Source: an uncultured Holophagales bacterium (GTDB lineage: Bacteria > Acidobacteriota > Thermoanaerobaculia > Multivoradales > UBA5704). From it: DNA of 64,000 nt. This document shows, one piece after another, positions 22,634 to 31,039 of this stretch (the stretch's first letter is position 1; the number at the start of each line of letters is the position of its first letter). The translations under genes were made by a program, and so were the position numbers. The DNA lies in contig CAWJGT010000011.1 in NCBI GenBank assembly GCA_963842525.1, positions 160,001 to 224,000 of the forward strand, written 5' to 3'. The notes beneath the pieces were generated by a model. That model was given only the letters and a program-made list of their open reading frames with translations, was not told the origin of the DNA and did no database searches.

Positions 22634-22669
22634 CGTGACTGGGCGGCAAGGGTACATGAGTAGGCGATC

Positions 22670-22729
22670 GCCTAACAATGCGCTGCACAGGACGGCTGAC
22701 GTCGCGCGGTGAGCTCCCATACGTACTGC
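22670..22729 (+). other. Degenerate attC site
   Basis: GCCTAAC-aatgc-GCTGCAC...GTGAGC-tcccatac-GTACTGC. R' is non-canonical. Confidence 0.55.
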
Positions 22730-22787
22730 CGGCGCAACAGCCGCCACGCAATCGACATCAACAGCCCAACGCAAGTTTGAGGCGACT

Positions 22788-23281
22788 ATGGCGTTCAACA
22801 AGTGCACCCGTTGTGGTGCGATGATTCTGTTCGGCGGCAAGATCCTTGATCGGGTCTACTGCCCCTCGTGCATCTCCCAACTGGCCGACGAAGAAAAGGC
22901 CGCACAAGCGCGCGAAAGGCTCAACCGCGACCAAGCGGAGAAGCGGCACAACCTTGCGCTTGCGCGCGAGGCATACCGAGCGGCGCTGGAGCAACTCAAG
23001 CGATTGCCTGCTGACCCTGATCGGCGGCAGAGGGCCCCCTTGAGCTCGGGAGGCTGTATGCGTCTTGGACGCGTCACTTGGCCGGTAGCGACGGTGTAAC
23101 TCTCTTCGACGAGATGGCCCTAAGCAACGATATCCAAGCCGCCTGCGCCGCTGCGGCCGGCGCGAGCGCACCCTCCAGTGTCGAAGAGCGGCTTAGGCGT
23201 CTTGCAGCGCTACGTGAGCAAGGACTAGTGACAGAAGGGGAGTTCCGCGAGCGGCGCCAGCAGATCATCAGCGAAGTCTGA
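22788..23281 (+). CDS. Zn-ribbon + SHOCT domain protein (frameshift near 23037)
   Basis: CxxC...CxxC N-terminus. EERLRRLAALREQGLVTEGEFRERRQQII SHOCT C-terminus in the second frame. Confidence 0.7.
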
Positions 23282-23408
23282 AAGAGTTGTTGCAGCACCT
23301 TCCACTCGGCGCAGCCTAATCAGACGTCTCGGAAATTACACAGCTATCAGAAAGAGAAACTCAGTCAGGCTTGCCGGCATGCGTCTTTGCGACCCAAGGG
23401 GTCGCGAG

Positions 23409-23563
23409 AGCCGAGCCCGGGCTGAGGCCGCAGGCCGATGCCCTGGGTCAACAGGGCCCCACAGCCATGCGGCCTGAAAGGCCGCGAGAACCTATCTCTT
23501 GCGGCCTTTCAGGCCGCATCGGTGGGCTACCTTTCTACCCAGGGCATCGGCCTTCGGCCTCAG
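23409..23563. repeat. REP/BIME element (CCCAGGGCATCGGCC.CGGCCTCAGCCCTGGG and GGCCTGAAAGGCC hairpins) interrupted by IS110
   Basis: Homologous to 42821-43032. An empty target copy lies at 23413-23448 on the minus strand. Confidence 0.8.
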
Positions 23564-23647
23564 ATGCTATGCAGGGCGGGGGATGCAAAAGCGGGTCGCC
23601 GGTTGTATGTTTCGGGGGAACTTTAGCGGTTAGAAAGGAGAACCCCG

Positions 23648-24784
23648 ATGAACCAGACAACCCGCATTGCAGAGTCTACGCGAACGGAGGCGGTGTTACA
23701 TATGGCCCTGGAGCTCGGCGCCAGCGAGTGGAAGCTGGGGTTTGGTGTAGAGGCTGGACGGAGGGCAAGTCAGCGGACAGTTGCAGCCGGGGACCTTGCC
23801 GGGCTGATGCTGGAGATCGCGCGGGCCAAACATCGCCTTGGCGTGCCGGAGTCGGCTCGGGTGGTGAGTTGCTACGAGGCCGGACGGGATGGATTCTGGC
23901 TCCACCGGTTCCTGCTGTCGGAGGGAGTGGAAAACGTTGTCATGGACTCCTCGAGCATCGAGGTGAATCGGCGGCATCGCCGGGCCAAGACGGATGGGGT
24001 GGACGTGGAGAAGTTGCTGTCGTTGTTGATCCGTTACGAGCGCGGGGAGAAGAAGGTGTTCGGGGTAGCGCACGCGCCGACCCCCGAGCAGGAGGACGAG
24101 CGTCACCTGGCTCGGGAGCTTGAGTCTCTGAAGCAGGAGCGCACGGCCCACACCAATCGGATCAAGGGCCTGCTGGCCAGCGTGGGGGCTCGGGGGGTGA
24201 AAGTCGGCAAGGGCTTTCTGCAGCAGCTGGATCAGGCGAGGCAGTGGAACGGCGAGAGGCTGCTGGCGAGCTTGCGGGAGCGTTTGAGGCGAGAGGGCGA
24301 GCGTCTGGCTGTGCTGGAGAGTCAGATTGCCGAGCTCGAGCGGTTTCGCCGGACGGCCAGCGTGGAAGCGACGGAGAAGGTGCAGCGGCTGCAAGAGCTC
24401 AAGGGGATCGGAGGCAACAGTGGTTGGCTGTTCGTGGTGGAGTTCTTCGGCTGGCGGCAGTTCCGCAACCGCCGTGAGGTGGCCGGTTTGGCGGGTCTGA
24501 CGCCGATGCCTTATCAGAGCGGTGACACGGTCAACCACGAACAAGGGATCAGCAAGGCGGGGAATCGTCGGGTCCGGGCGATGGCGATCGAGATCGCTTG
24601 GGGCTGGTTGCGCTTCCAACCGCAGAGTCGCCTGAGCTTGTGGTTTCAGGAGCGTTATGGTCCTGGGAGCCGCCGATCTCGGCGGGTGGGGATCGTGGCC
24701 CTCGCCCGCAAGCTGCTGATCGCGCTGTGGCGCTATCTGGACTACGGTGTGATTCCTGAGGGTGCTGAGCTGAAGACGAAGTAA
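23648..24784 (+). CDS. IS110 DEDD recombinase/transposase
   Basis: CYEAG, AKTD..D, GLTPMPYQSG, GISKAGN and ALARKLL motifs. RBS AAGGAG. Confidence 0.95.
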   Translation: MNQTTRIAESTRTEAVLHMALELGASEWKLGFGVEAGRRASQRTVAAGDLAGLMLEIARAKHRLGVPESARVVSCYEAGRDGFWLHRFLLSEGVENVVMDSSSIEVNRRHRRAKTDGVDVEKLLSLLIRYERGEKKVFGVAHAPTPEQEDERHLARELESLKQERTAHTNRIKGLLASVGARGVKVGKGFLQQLDQARQWNGERLLASLRERLRREGERLAVLESQIAELERFRRTASVEATEKVQRLQELKGIGGNSGWLFVVEFFGWRQFRNRREVAGLAGLTPMPYQSGDTVNHEQGISKAGNRRVRAMAIEIAWGWLRFQPQSRLSLWFQERYGPGSRRSRRVGIVALARKLLIALWRYLDYGVIPEGAELKTK

Positions 24785-24797
24785 TCTGGGAGGAAAA

Positions 24798-24982
24798 AGC
24801 TCGGAGAGAAACGACTGGTGGAGCGTGCCCGGCCCAGGGCTTGGTTCGGCTTCCGAACCGTTCTCTCAGATGGGGCCGCTCCGAGAGCTTGCCTGAGTCG
24901 CTCGACAGCGCATGCTGCATTTGGTGTCCTGACCCAAAGAGGTCAGCACGGATAGAAGCTGGAAAGGACGACTCCCCAGGTC
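24798..24982 (+). ncRNA. Predicted bridge/seekRNA with target-binding and donor-binding loops
   Basis: Two stem-internal loop-hairpin modules. The loops carry GCCCAGGGCT and CTCAG (target) and GCATTT and ATAGAAG (circle junction). Confidence 0.75.
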
Positions 24983-25242
24983 CCTGCACACTCCGGGCAA
25001 GCGCCAGACGGACTGAGAACCAAGAAGCGAGAAAACCGGTGACAGGAGGGGGGGCCAGGAAAGGGAAAACGACGAACCACCACCCCGAGACGCTTGACAC
25101 CGGTGGCCCACATAGAAGCCCTGGGCTCCGTTCTGCCGGCCCGTTGGGCCGGGTGGAGACGAAATCTGCGCGCCGCACGAGGATTCTCAGGGGTAGTAGA
25201 TCAGGGCTGTACGGTGGCAGGCTCCGACTGAAGGCCGGCACT

Positions 25243-25920
25243 TTACTCTTGGGCTAGCGCCTGATTGATTCGGTCGGTCTGGGTGTAGTGTTTTTTCTGT
25301 CTGGCACGGTCGCCCACTTTGAAAAAAATAGAGATATTGAGAACTCTAAGCTCGGCGTTGATCTTGCCGACATCACCCTCTTCTGCCGCCTTGGCCCTGC
25401 CCAGCAACTCCTTCTCCTTTTTTATCAATGTGTTTTCGTCGACCTGGTCCCAGGATACTCCAAAAACTTTCATCGCATTTTGCTCGGCTACCTGCCTGTC
25501 TTCCTCGTCATAGTCCGCATCTACATAGTGCTGCTCGAAGTCTTCGAAGTCTTCAGGCTGGTAATTCAGAAATTTTTCGTTTGCCCGTTGGATGGTGCTA
25601 GCGATTGGCACATGGCGATGACACAAGACAGGGTTTCTCTGTGGTGCAAATTTGGCCTGCACCGCCGCCACTGCCTGCTGTACGTGCGGGGCTAGCGGTC
25701 GTGCGAGTAACGGCTTGGTCTGTGCTGCTGAGTGGATTGGCGGACTGGGCCGAACCCCGGGGATAGCGACGACGGGGGAGAGTCTTTTTGGCTGCGCTGT
25801 GGCAGACAGAGCCGCTTGGACATGCAGCGCCGCCTTTGGTCTCGCCTGAGGCACAAGAGGAATAGTTGGTTTCCGACTCATCCCGGTCATCTCCCTCAAA
25901 GTTTCTTGAATACTACCCAA
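25243..25920 (-). CDS. Hypothetical protein: Pro/Ala/Gln-rich N-terminus ending IQR, low-GC C-terminal domain (effector-like)
   Basis: HVQAA/QPK/QTK/QAK repeats, then IQR. There is an abrupt GC drop in the C-terminal coding part. RBS GGAGAG. Confidence 0.65.
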   Translation of the reverse strand: MGSIQETLREMTGMSRKPTIPLVPQARPKAALHVQAALSATAQPKRLSPVVAIPGVRPSPPIHSAAQTKPLLARPLAPHVQQAVAAVQAKFAPQRNPVLCHRHVPIASTIQRANEKFLNYQPEDFEDFEQHYVDADYDEEDRQVAEQNAMKVFGVSWDQVDENTLIKKEKELLGRAKAAEEGDVGKINAELRVLNISIFFKVGDRARQKKHYTQTDRINQALAQE

Positions 25921-26163
25921 AAATCTCTCCTCTCTTCAAGCCGTTCGCCGGGCGCCTTCGTCTGTCGGTTCTGTCATCAGCCCCTCCTGATGGGCCTTAC
26001 ATAAAGAAGAAGTGCACGTAATGGCCCGGGCGGGACATGGAAAGGCGAAATTCCGCTCGCGGGTTTTCAGTGTATCCGAAACTCAACCGGCGCGGCCAAG
26101 CTCCTTGAACGGCGACCTGGCGCATGGCGCGGACGGCCGCTCGGGCCTCTATCGTCCCGGGCG

Positions 26164-26370
26164 ATGCGAGCCGAAACCGTGAAGCGTGCCCACCTCGGCG
26201 AGCGGAAGCTGGACCGGCTGTGCCGCGGTGAGTTGGGCCGGGCGGAGCGGCGCCGGTTGCTCTTTCATCTCCTGAAAGGCTGCCCGGTGTGCATCGCGTT
26301 GGTGCGCCAGCTCTGGCAACCGGGCGAGCGCCCGTTCCATTCAGGAGGTGTACGCAATGGTGGAGGATGA
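26164..26370 (+). CDS. Small zf-HC2-like (anti-sigma zinc finger) protein
   Basis: H...L..L..GEL...ERR....HLLKGCPVC. Confidence 0.55.
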   Translation: MRAETVKRAHLGERKLDRLCRGELGRAERRRLLFHLLKGCPVCIALVRQLWQPGERPFHSGGVRNGGG

Positions 26371-26578
26371 GGACAGGCAGCGGAAGCTGACGCACCCCAG
26401 GCCGAGAGAGCTGCGTGGGATGCGGAGCGCCCTGTCGATTCCGGACGCGGGACTTGTCCTGCATCTGTTGGATTGCCCCCGTTGCGCGGCGCAGGCTCGC
26501 AAGGTGCTCGCGCCGAAGCCTGTCCGCAGCCGCCGTCCAGCGATCGAGCCGACAGAAACCGGGGACGAGCCCGCATGA
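26348..26578 (+). CDS. Small zf-HC2-like protein
   Basis: HP...L...LVLHLLDCPRC. RBS AGGAGG, and an ATGA overlap with the next ORF. Confidence 0.5.
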   Translation: MYAMVEDEDRQRKLTHPRPRELRGMRSALSIPDAGLVLHLLDCPRCAAQARKVLAPKPVRSRRPAIEPTETGDEPA

Positions 26579-27144
26579 CCATCGCCACCCCCGGCTGGAG
26601 AGCGGAGGCCGCAAGCTCGCAGGACGAACGCCGCAGGTACGGCATCTATGCCACCCCGCGGCCGGTCGTGGACTATCTCCTGCGGTCGGTGGATTTTCTG
26701 TTGCGGTCCAGGCTCGGCCGGGCAGCCGGGCTCGCCGACGGCGAGGTGCGGTTGGTCGATCCCGCGGCGGGGCCGGCGAATTTCGTCCTTGCGGCGTGGC
26801 GGGAAGCCATCACATTTCAGCGGCGGCGCGGCGGGAGCGAGCAGGAGATGATCCGAGACCACCTCCTGCCGCACTTCCTGGGCGTCGAGGTCCGCGAGGC
26901 GGCATGGTCCCGTGGGTGCGACGCGATGCGCCGGTTTCTGAAGGTTTTGGATTATCCGCTCGGGCCGGCGGAGCCCCTGCCCGCATTGCTGGCGAATTCC
27001 CTGACGCCGCCGCCGGAGCTGTTGCCGATCCAAGCGCCGGCAGAGCCTTCTCCCCCGCCCCCTCTCCCGTTCGGGGTGGGGGCCGGGGGAACGCACGGGA
27101 GAGGCGGGAGAGGGGGCCAGGGGGTGAGGGTCCGGCCCGTGTAG
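26575..27144 (+). CDS. N6-adenine methyltransferase N-terminal fragment (type ISP/IIG-like), lacking the NPPY half
   Basis: GIYATPRPVVDYLLRSV...DPAAGPANF...GVEV...LANSL, then it runs into a REP. Confidence 0.6.
   Translation: MTIATPGWRAEAASSQDERRRYGIYATPRPVVDYLLRSVDFLLRSRLGRAAGLADGEVRLVDPAAGPANFVLAAWREAITFQRRRGGSEQEMIRDHLLPHFLGVEVREAAWSRGCDAMRRFLKVLDYPLGPAEPLPALLANSLTPPPELLPIQAPAEPSPPPPLPFGVGAGGTHGRGGRGGQGVRVRPV
27049..27130. repeat. CCCTCACCCC/CCCCTCTCCC-family palindromic repeat (also 30171-30305, 38157-38190, 63295-63460)
   Basis: GGGAGAGGGGGCCAGGGGGTGAGGG is the reverse complement of CCCTCACCCCCCTGGCCCCCTCTCCC at 30171. The other three copies lie between convergent genes. Confidence 0.75.
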
Positions 27145-27173
27145 TATGCTGAGGCCCCTTTTGGCGTCAGCGC

Positions 27174-28079
27174 GTGATGAAGAGCAGTGAGGGATTCGCG
27201 TTCGTCCGGCCGGGCCTCCACCTCTACTACCGCATTCTCGGGGAGGGGGCGGAAACGGTCGTGGTGCCCAATGCCAACTGGCTGTGGGAAGCCTTGCAGC
27301 CTTTGGCCGAGACCCGCCGCCTGATCCTCTACGACCCGCGCAGCCGGGGCCGCTCGAGCGCCGTCACCGATCCCCGGCAGCTCAGCCTGGAGGACGACAT
27401 CGAGGACCTGGAGGCCATCCGCCGCTATTTCGGCCTCGACCGGATGACCCTGTTCGGCGCCTCCTACCATGCCGCCGTCACGGCGCTCTATGCCGCGGAC
27501 AACCCCGGCCGGGTCGAGCGGATGCTGCTCGTCTGCCCGATCACGCCGTGCCAGCCCGGCGAATGGGTGCAGGAGACACCCACGCCGGAGGAGCTGATCC
27601 ATCCGCCCGGCATCGCGCGCCTCGCCGAGCTCCACGACGAAGGGATCGACCAGGAGGATCCGGCAGCCTTCTGCCGCGCCTGGTTCACCCATTTCCTGCT
27701 GCCGGCGCAGATGGGCGAGCTGACCGCCGTGTCCCGCTTCCCGGTGCACGACGTCTGCGCCTTCCCCAACGAATGGCCGCAGCGGGCGATCCCGCTCTAC
27801 TTCGAGCACATCATCCCGAACATGGCCGACTGGGACTTCCGGCCGCGCCTGGGAGCCCTGGAGATGCCGGTGCTGGTGGTCCAGGGGACGGACGACCTGG
27901 TGCCGGTCGAGGCGTCGCGCGAGTGGGCCGCCGCGATCCCGGGCGCGCGCTTCCTGCCGATCGAGGGCGCCGGCCACCACCCCTATCTCGAACGCCCCAA
28001 GGAGCTCTTCGCCGCCGCCGAAGCCTTCCTCCAGGGCGGGTGGCCGGAAGGGGCGGAGACGATCGGGCAGGCTTCGTAA
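27174..28079 (+). CDS. Alpha/beta hydrolase (proline iminopeptidase-like)
   Basis: YDPRSRGRS, GASYH nucleophile elbow, GTDD, GAGHHP. Confidence 0.85.
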   Translation: MMKSSEGFAFVRPGLHLYYRILGEGAETVVVPNANWLWEALQPLAETRRLILYDPRSRGRSSAVTDPRQLSLEDDIEDLEAIRRYFGLDRMTLFGASYHAAVTALYAADNPGRVERMLLVCPITPCQPGEWVQETPTPEELIHPPGIARLAELHDEGIDQEDPAAFCRAWFTHFLLPAQMGELTAVSRFPVHDVCAFPNEWPQRAIPLYFEHIIPNMADWDFRPRLGALEMPVLVVQGTDDLVPVEASREWAAAIPGARFLPIEGAGHHPYLERPKELFAAAEAFLQGGWPEGAETIGQAS

Positions 28080-28091
28080 GAACCGGGCGGA

Positions 28092-28640
28092 TCAGGAAGG
28101 GGCTTCTTGACGCCCCTCGAGCTCGAGAAGCCAGCGCTTGCGCTCGTCCCCGCCGACATAGGAGCCGACGGAGGTATCGCCGATCACCCGGTGGCAGGGG
28201 ATCAGGATGGGGATGGGGTTCTCCAGGAGGACCGCGGCCACCTGCAGACCCGCCTCCGGGGTGCCGATGGCCTCGGCCATGGTCTGGTAGGTGCGCGTCC
28301 GGCCGTACGGGATCTTGGCCGTCTCCTTGAGGACCCGGCGCGTGAAGCCGTTGACCCCGCAGGGCCCGAGGTCGAAGCCCACCTCGAGCTTGCGGCGCGC
28401 GCCGGCGAAATATTCGGAAAGCCGGCCGAAGACCTCGTCGAGGAAGTCCGAGCCCTCGATCCGGCACAGCGGCACGAAGGTGGAGCGGTCCGGCTCCGCG
28501 GGCTCGATCCGCACGCGTGTCACCGCCGTCCCGGTCAGCTCGACCCCCAGGACACCGATCGGCGAGGGCATCAGCACCCGCCACGATTGCGCTGCGCTCT
28601 CCGCCGGCGGAGAGCAGCTCGTTTCCTGCTTGCCCAACAT
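28092..28640 (-). CDS. ogt: Methylated-DNA--protein-cysteine methyltransferase
   Basis: SPIG, IPYGRTRTY, NPIPILIPCHRV. Confidence 0.9.
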   Translation of the reverse strand: MLGKQETSCSPPAESAAQSWRVLMPSPIGVLGVELTGTAVTRVRIEPAEPDRSTFVPLCRIEGSDFLDEVFGRLSEYFAGARRKLEVGFDLGPCGVNGFTRRVLKETAKIPYGRTRTYQTMAEAIGTPEAGLQVAAVLLENPIPILIPCHRVIGDTSVGSYVGGDERKRWLLELEGRQEAPS

Positions 28641-28930
28641 CGGGGAAAGAGGTTAGCGCATGATGGCTGGAGTGACAACACGGCCCCTCCAAGCTCCCTC
28701 TACGGAGCCGGCATTCCGGCCGGATCACGCCGAAAGGGGAACCTCGATCGGCACGTGCTCGACCCACGGCAGGAGCAAATTTTCTCTCTGGCCGGCGCAT
28801 CTGTCCTTGATTTAGCTCCACAAAGAGAAAAGAACTCGCCGTCACCGGCAACGGACGTTGTTCTCGTAAACCACTCAGCGCCAAGGACTTATGCTTGATA
28901 ATCGCGCCGGCTTCCGGATAGATTGCGCCC

Positions 28931-29467
28931 ATGGGAGACATGTTCGCCTACGTCGGCGAGACGTTGCGCCGCCTCCGGAAAGAGCGCGGCAAGACTCTGG
29001 AAGAGCTCGGTGCGGAGGCCGGCCTCGGCCGCGGCCAGCTCTCCCGGATCGAGAACGCCCGGCAGGAGGCGACGCTCTCCACCCTCGCCAAGATCCTGGG
29101 CTCGCAGGGCGTCAGCCGCCGCGAGTTCTTCCGCCGCTACGACCTCGTGGAGACCGAGGGGAGGGCGGCCGCCCGGGCCGGAGCCCAGCCTGGCGAGACC
29201 GCTCCCGCACCGACCGGCCTGCCCTGGCCCGAAGAGATCCGCGAGGTCCTCGGTAAGGTCGAGTCCTTCGTGAGCATGACCTTCCGCCAGCCCCGCCCCG
29301 TGGCGCAGGGCGCGGTCGAGATCGGCGACTTCGTCGTCCTGTTCCGCGTGGTGCCGAAAGAGGCGCCGGAGGCCCGGGAGGAGAGCGAGGCCTTGGAGCC
29401 CGCTCCCCCGGCCGCCGAGGAGCCCGCGCCCGCCTCCGGCCGCAAGCGCCGCAGCCGCAAACGCTGA
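28931..29467 (+). CDS. XRE-family HTH regulator
   Basis: LRRLRKERGKTLEELG...QLSRIEN. Confidence 0.85.
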   Translation: MGDMFAYVGETLRRLRKERGKTLEELGAEAGLGRGQLSRIENARQEATLSTLAKILGSQGVSRREFFRRYDLVETEGRAAARAGAQPGETAPAPTGLPWPEEIREVLGKVESFVSMTFRQPRPVAQGAVEIGDFVVLFRVVPKEAPEAREESEALEPAPPAAEEPAPASGRKRRSRKR

Positions 29468-29693
29468 GATCAGCCTCAGTCCCCATGCTTCCGGCCCGCG
29501 AAGTTTTGCTTCCGGGGCCGCCGCAAAATTCGCGGAACGACACTTTCGTAGCGCATTCCGGATATAGACACCTCTATGTGTAGTCTAAATCGACTATCAG
29601 TGTTCTGCACTGGCCACGATTCCAGTCCCTAAGTACTTCTTTTCTAGATATTTACGCTTGCTCCGGACACCGGCGTCTGGATAGATTTCCCGT

Positions 29694-30134
29694 ATGGGCA
29701 TGTTCGCCAATCTGGGCAGGACGCTCGGCCTTCTGCGCGAGCTGCGGGGCAAGAGCCAGGCTCGGGTCGCCCGCGAGGCGGGGATCGGCAAGAGCCAGCT
29801 CTCGAAATACGAGAACGGCAAGGAGCTCCCCAAGCTCGACTCGCTGGAGAAGGTGTTGCGGGCTCTCGAGGTGGGCCACTTCGAGTTCTTCTACACCCTC
29901 TACCTGGTGGACCAGCGCGCGGCCGACCTGGCCGGGACGCTGCGGGAGAACGTGCCTTCGCGCGAGCGGCTCCATTTGCCGCCGCTCCTCACCCAGGGGA
30001 GCCCGCTGCTCGCCGAGTCCACGGACCAGGCCTTCAAGCAGGTGTTCGTCGACCTGCTGTCGCTCTACCGCCGCATGTTCGAGCAGATCGTCTTCGGCCC
30101 GCCGCGCGAGACGGGCGCGGACGGGGCGGACTGA
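29694..30134 (+). CDS. XRE-family HTH regulator
   Basis: [33 protein letters not shown]. Confidence 0.85.
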   Translation: MGMFANLGRTLGLLRELRGKSQARVAREAGIGKSQLSKYENGKELPKLDSLEKVLRALEVGHFEFFYTLYLVDQRAADLAGTLRENVPSRERLHLPPLLTQGSPLLAESTDQAFKQVFVDLLSLYRRMFEQIVFGPPRETGADGAD

Positions 30135-30310
30135 GCTCAGAGGGGTGTCTGGAAAGTCCCCGCGCGCGGGCCCTCACCCCCCTGGCCCCCCTCTCCCATC
30201 CGCACTCACACCCGCCCGGGAGAGGGGGGAATCGAAAGGGAAGGGCGGTGGCGCCCCTCTCCCGGGGGAAGGGAGTGAGGATGGGAGAGGGGATGGGGGT
30301 GAGGGCTCCG

Positions 30311-31015
30311 CTAACCCGGCGCCACCCGGACCCGCAGCTCCTCCCAGCGCGCGTCAGCGAGCTCGCCGCCGAGGTCGGCGTCGCCTTCGCAGGGCCGGTC
30401 GGGGATCCACCGGCAGGGGATGCGGAAGGTGGTCGCGCCGGCCAGCGGGAAGGGGTCGAGGAAGACCGTGCCGTCGCGCACCCGGCCGCGCACGCCGTGG
30501 CGCTCGAACCGCTCGCTCCAGGCGTTGCAGACCGCGAGCGAAATCAGGTCGGCCCGGTCGAGGAGCCGGTAGTCGGCCGCGGTCTCGTCCTCGGAGGCGT
30601 CCGCGGCCTGCCGCAGCTCCTGCTCGCGCTCCCGCATCCGGTCGAGGAATTCCGCCCACTCCTCCTCGCCGCCGCGGTCCCGGTGGAGGTGGATCGCATG
30701 GCGGACGATGAGCAGGGCGGCGTAGGGGTGCTGCCGGGCGAAGCGGGCCGTGCCGCGCTCCCAGATGGCGATCCGGTCCGGCCGCGGCAGGGTGAGGAAG
30801 TCGTGGGGCCGTCCCTTCGCGGGATTGCAGCGCGGCGCGGCGTCGGCCTCGCGCCAGCCGTTGTCGTGCTCGCGCACCGCGAAGAGCAGCTCCGCCCGCC
30901 GCGGATGGTCCGGCATCCCCTCGGCGCGCCAGAGCGACATCAGCTCGCCCGAGAACCAGGCGTGGTCGGGCTGGGTGACGAGCCGCAGCCGGCGCTCCTC
31001 GGGCACGACGATCAT
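30311..31015 (-). CDS. DUF3891-family protein
   Basis: [10 protein letters not shown]...EHDNGW...D.ISLAVC...DPFP. Confidence 0.75.
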   Translation of the reverse strand: MIVVPEERRLRLVTQPDHAWFSGELMSLWRAEGMPDHPRRAELLFAVREHDNGWREADAAPRCNPAKGRPHDFLTLPRPDRIAIWERGTARFARQHPYAALLIVRHAIHLHRDRGGEEEWAEFLDRMREREQELRQAADASEDETAADYRLLDRADLISLAVCNAWSERFERHGVRGRVRDGTVFLDPFPLAGATTFRIPCRWIPDRPCEGDADLGGELADARWEELRVRVAPG

Positions 31016-31039
31016 GGCGCGAGCTTATACTGGCGCCCC

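Larger units (their letters stand above)
23564..25118 (+). mobile_element. IS110-family, IS1111-type element, copy 1
   Basis: AG core at 23562-63 and 25117-18, no TSD, sub-terminal IRs CTATGCAGGGC / GGCCCACATAG, long 3' non-coding end. Confidence 0.92.

Noticed and set aside
25094-25118. Circle-junction promoter of the IS110 element
   Set aside because: A perfect TTGACA is present, but the junction supplies only a weak -10 (GATGCT at 18 nt), which is not enough to call.
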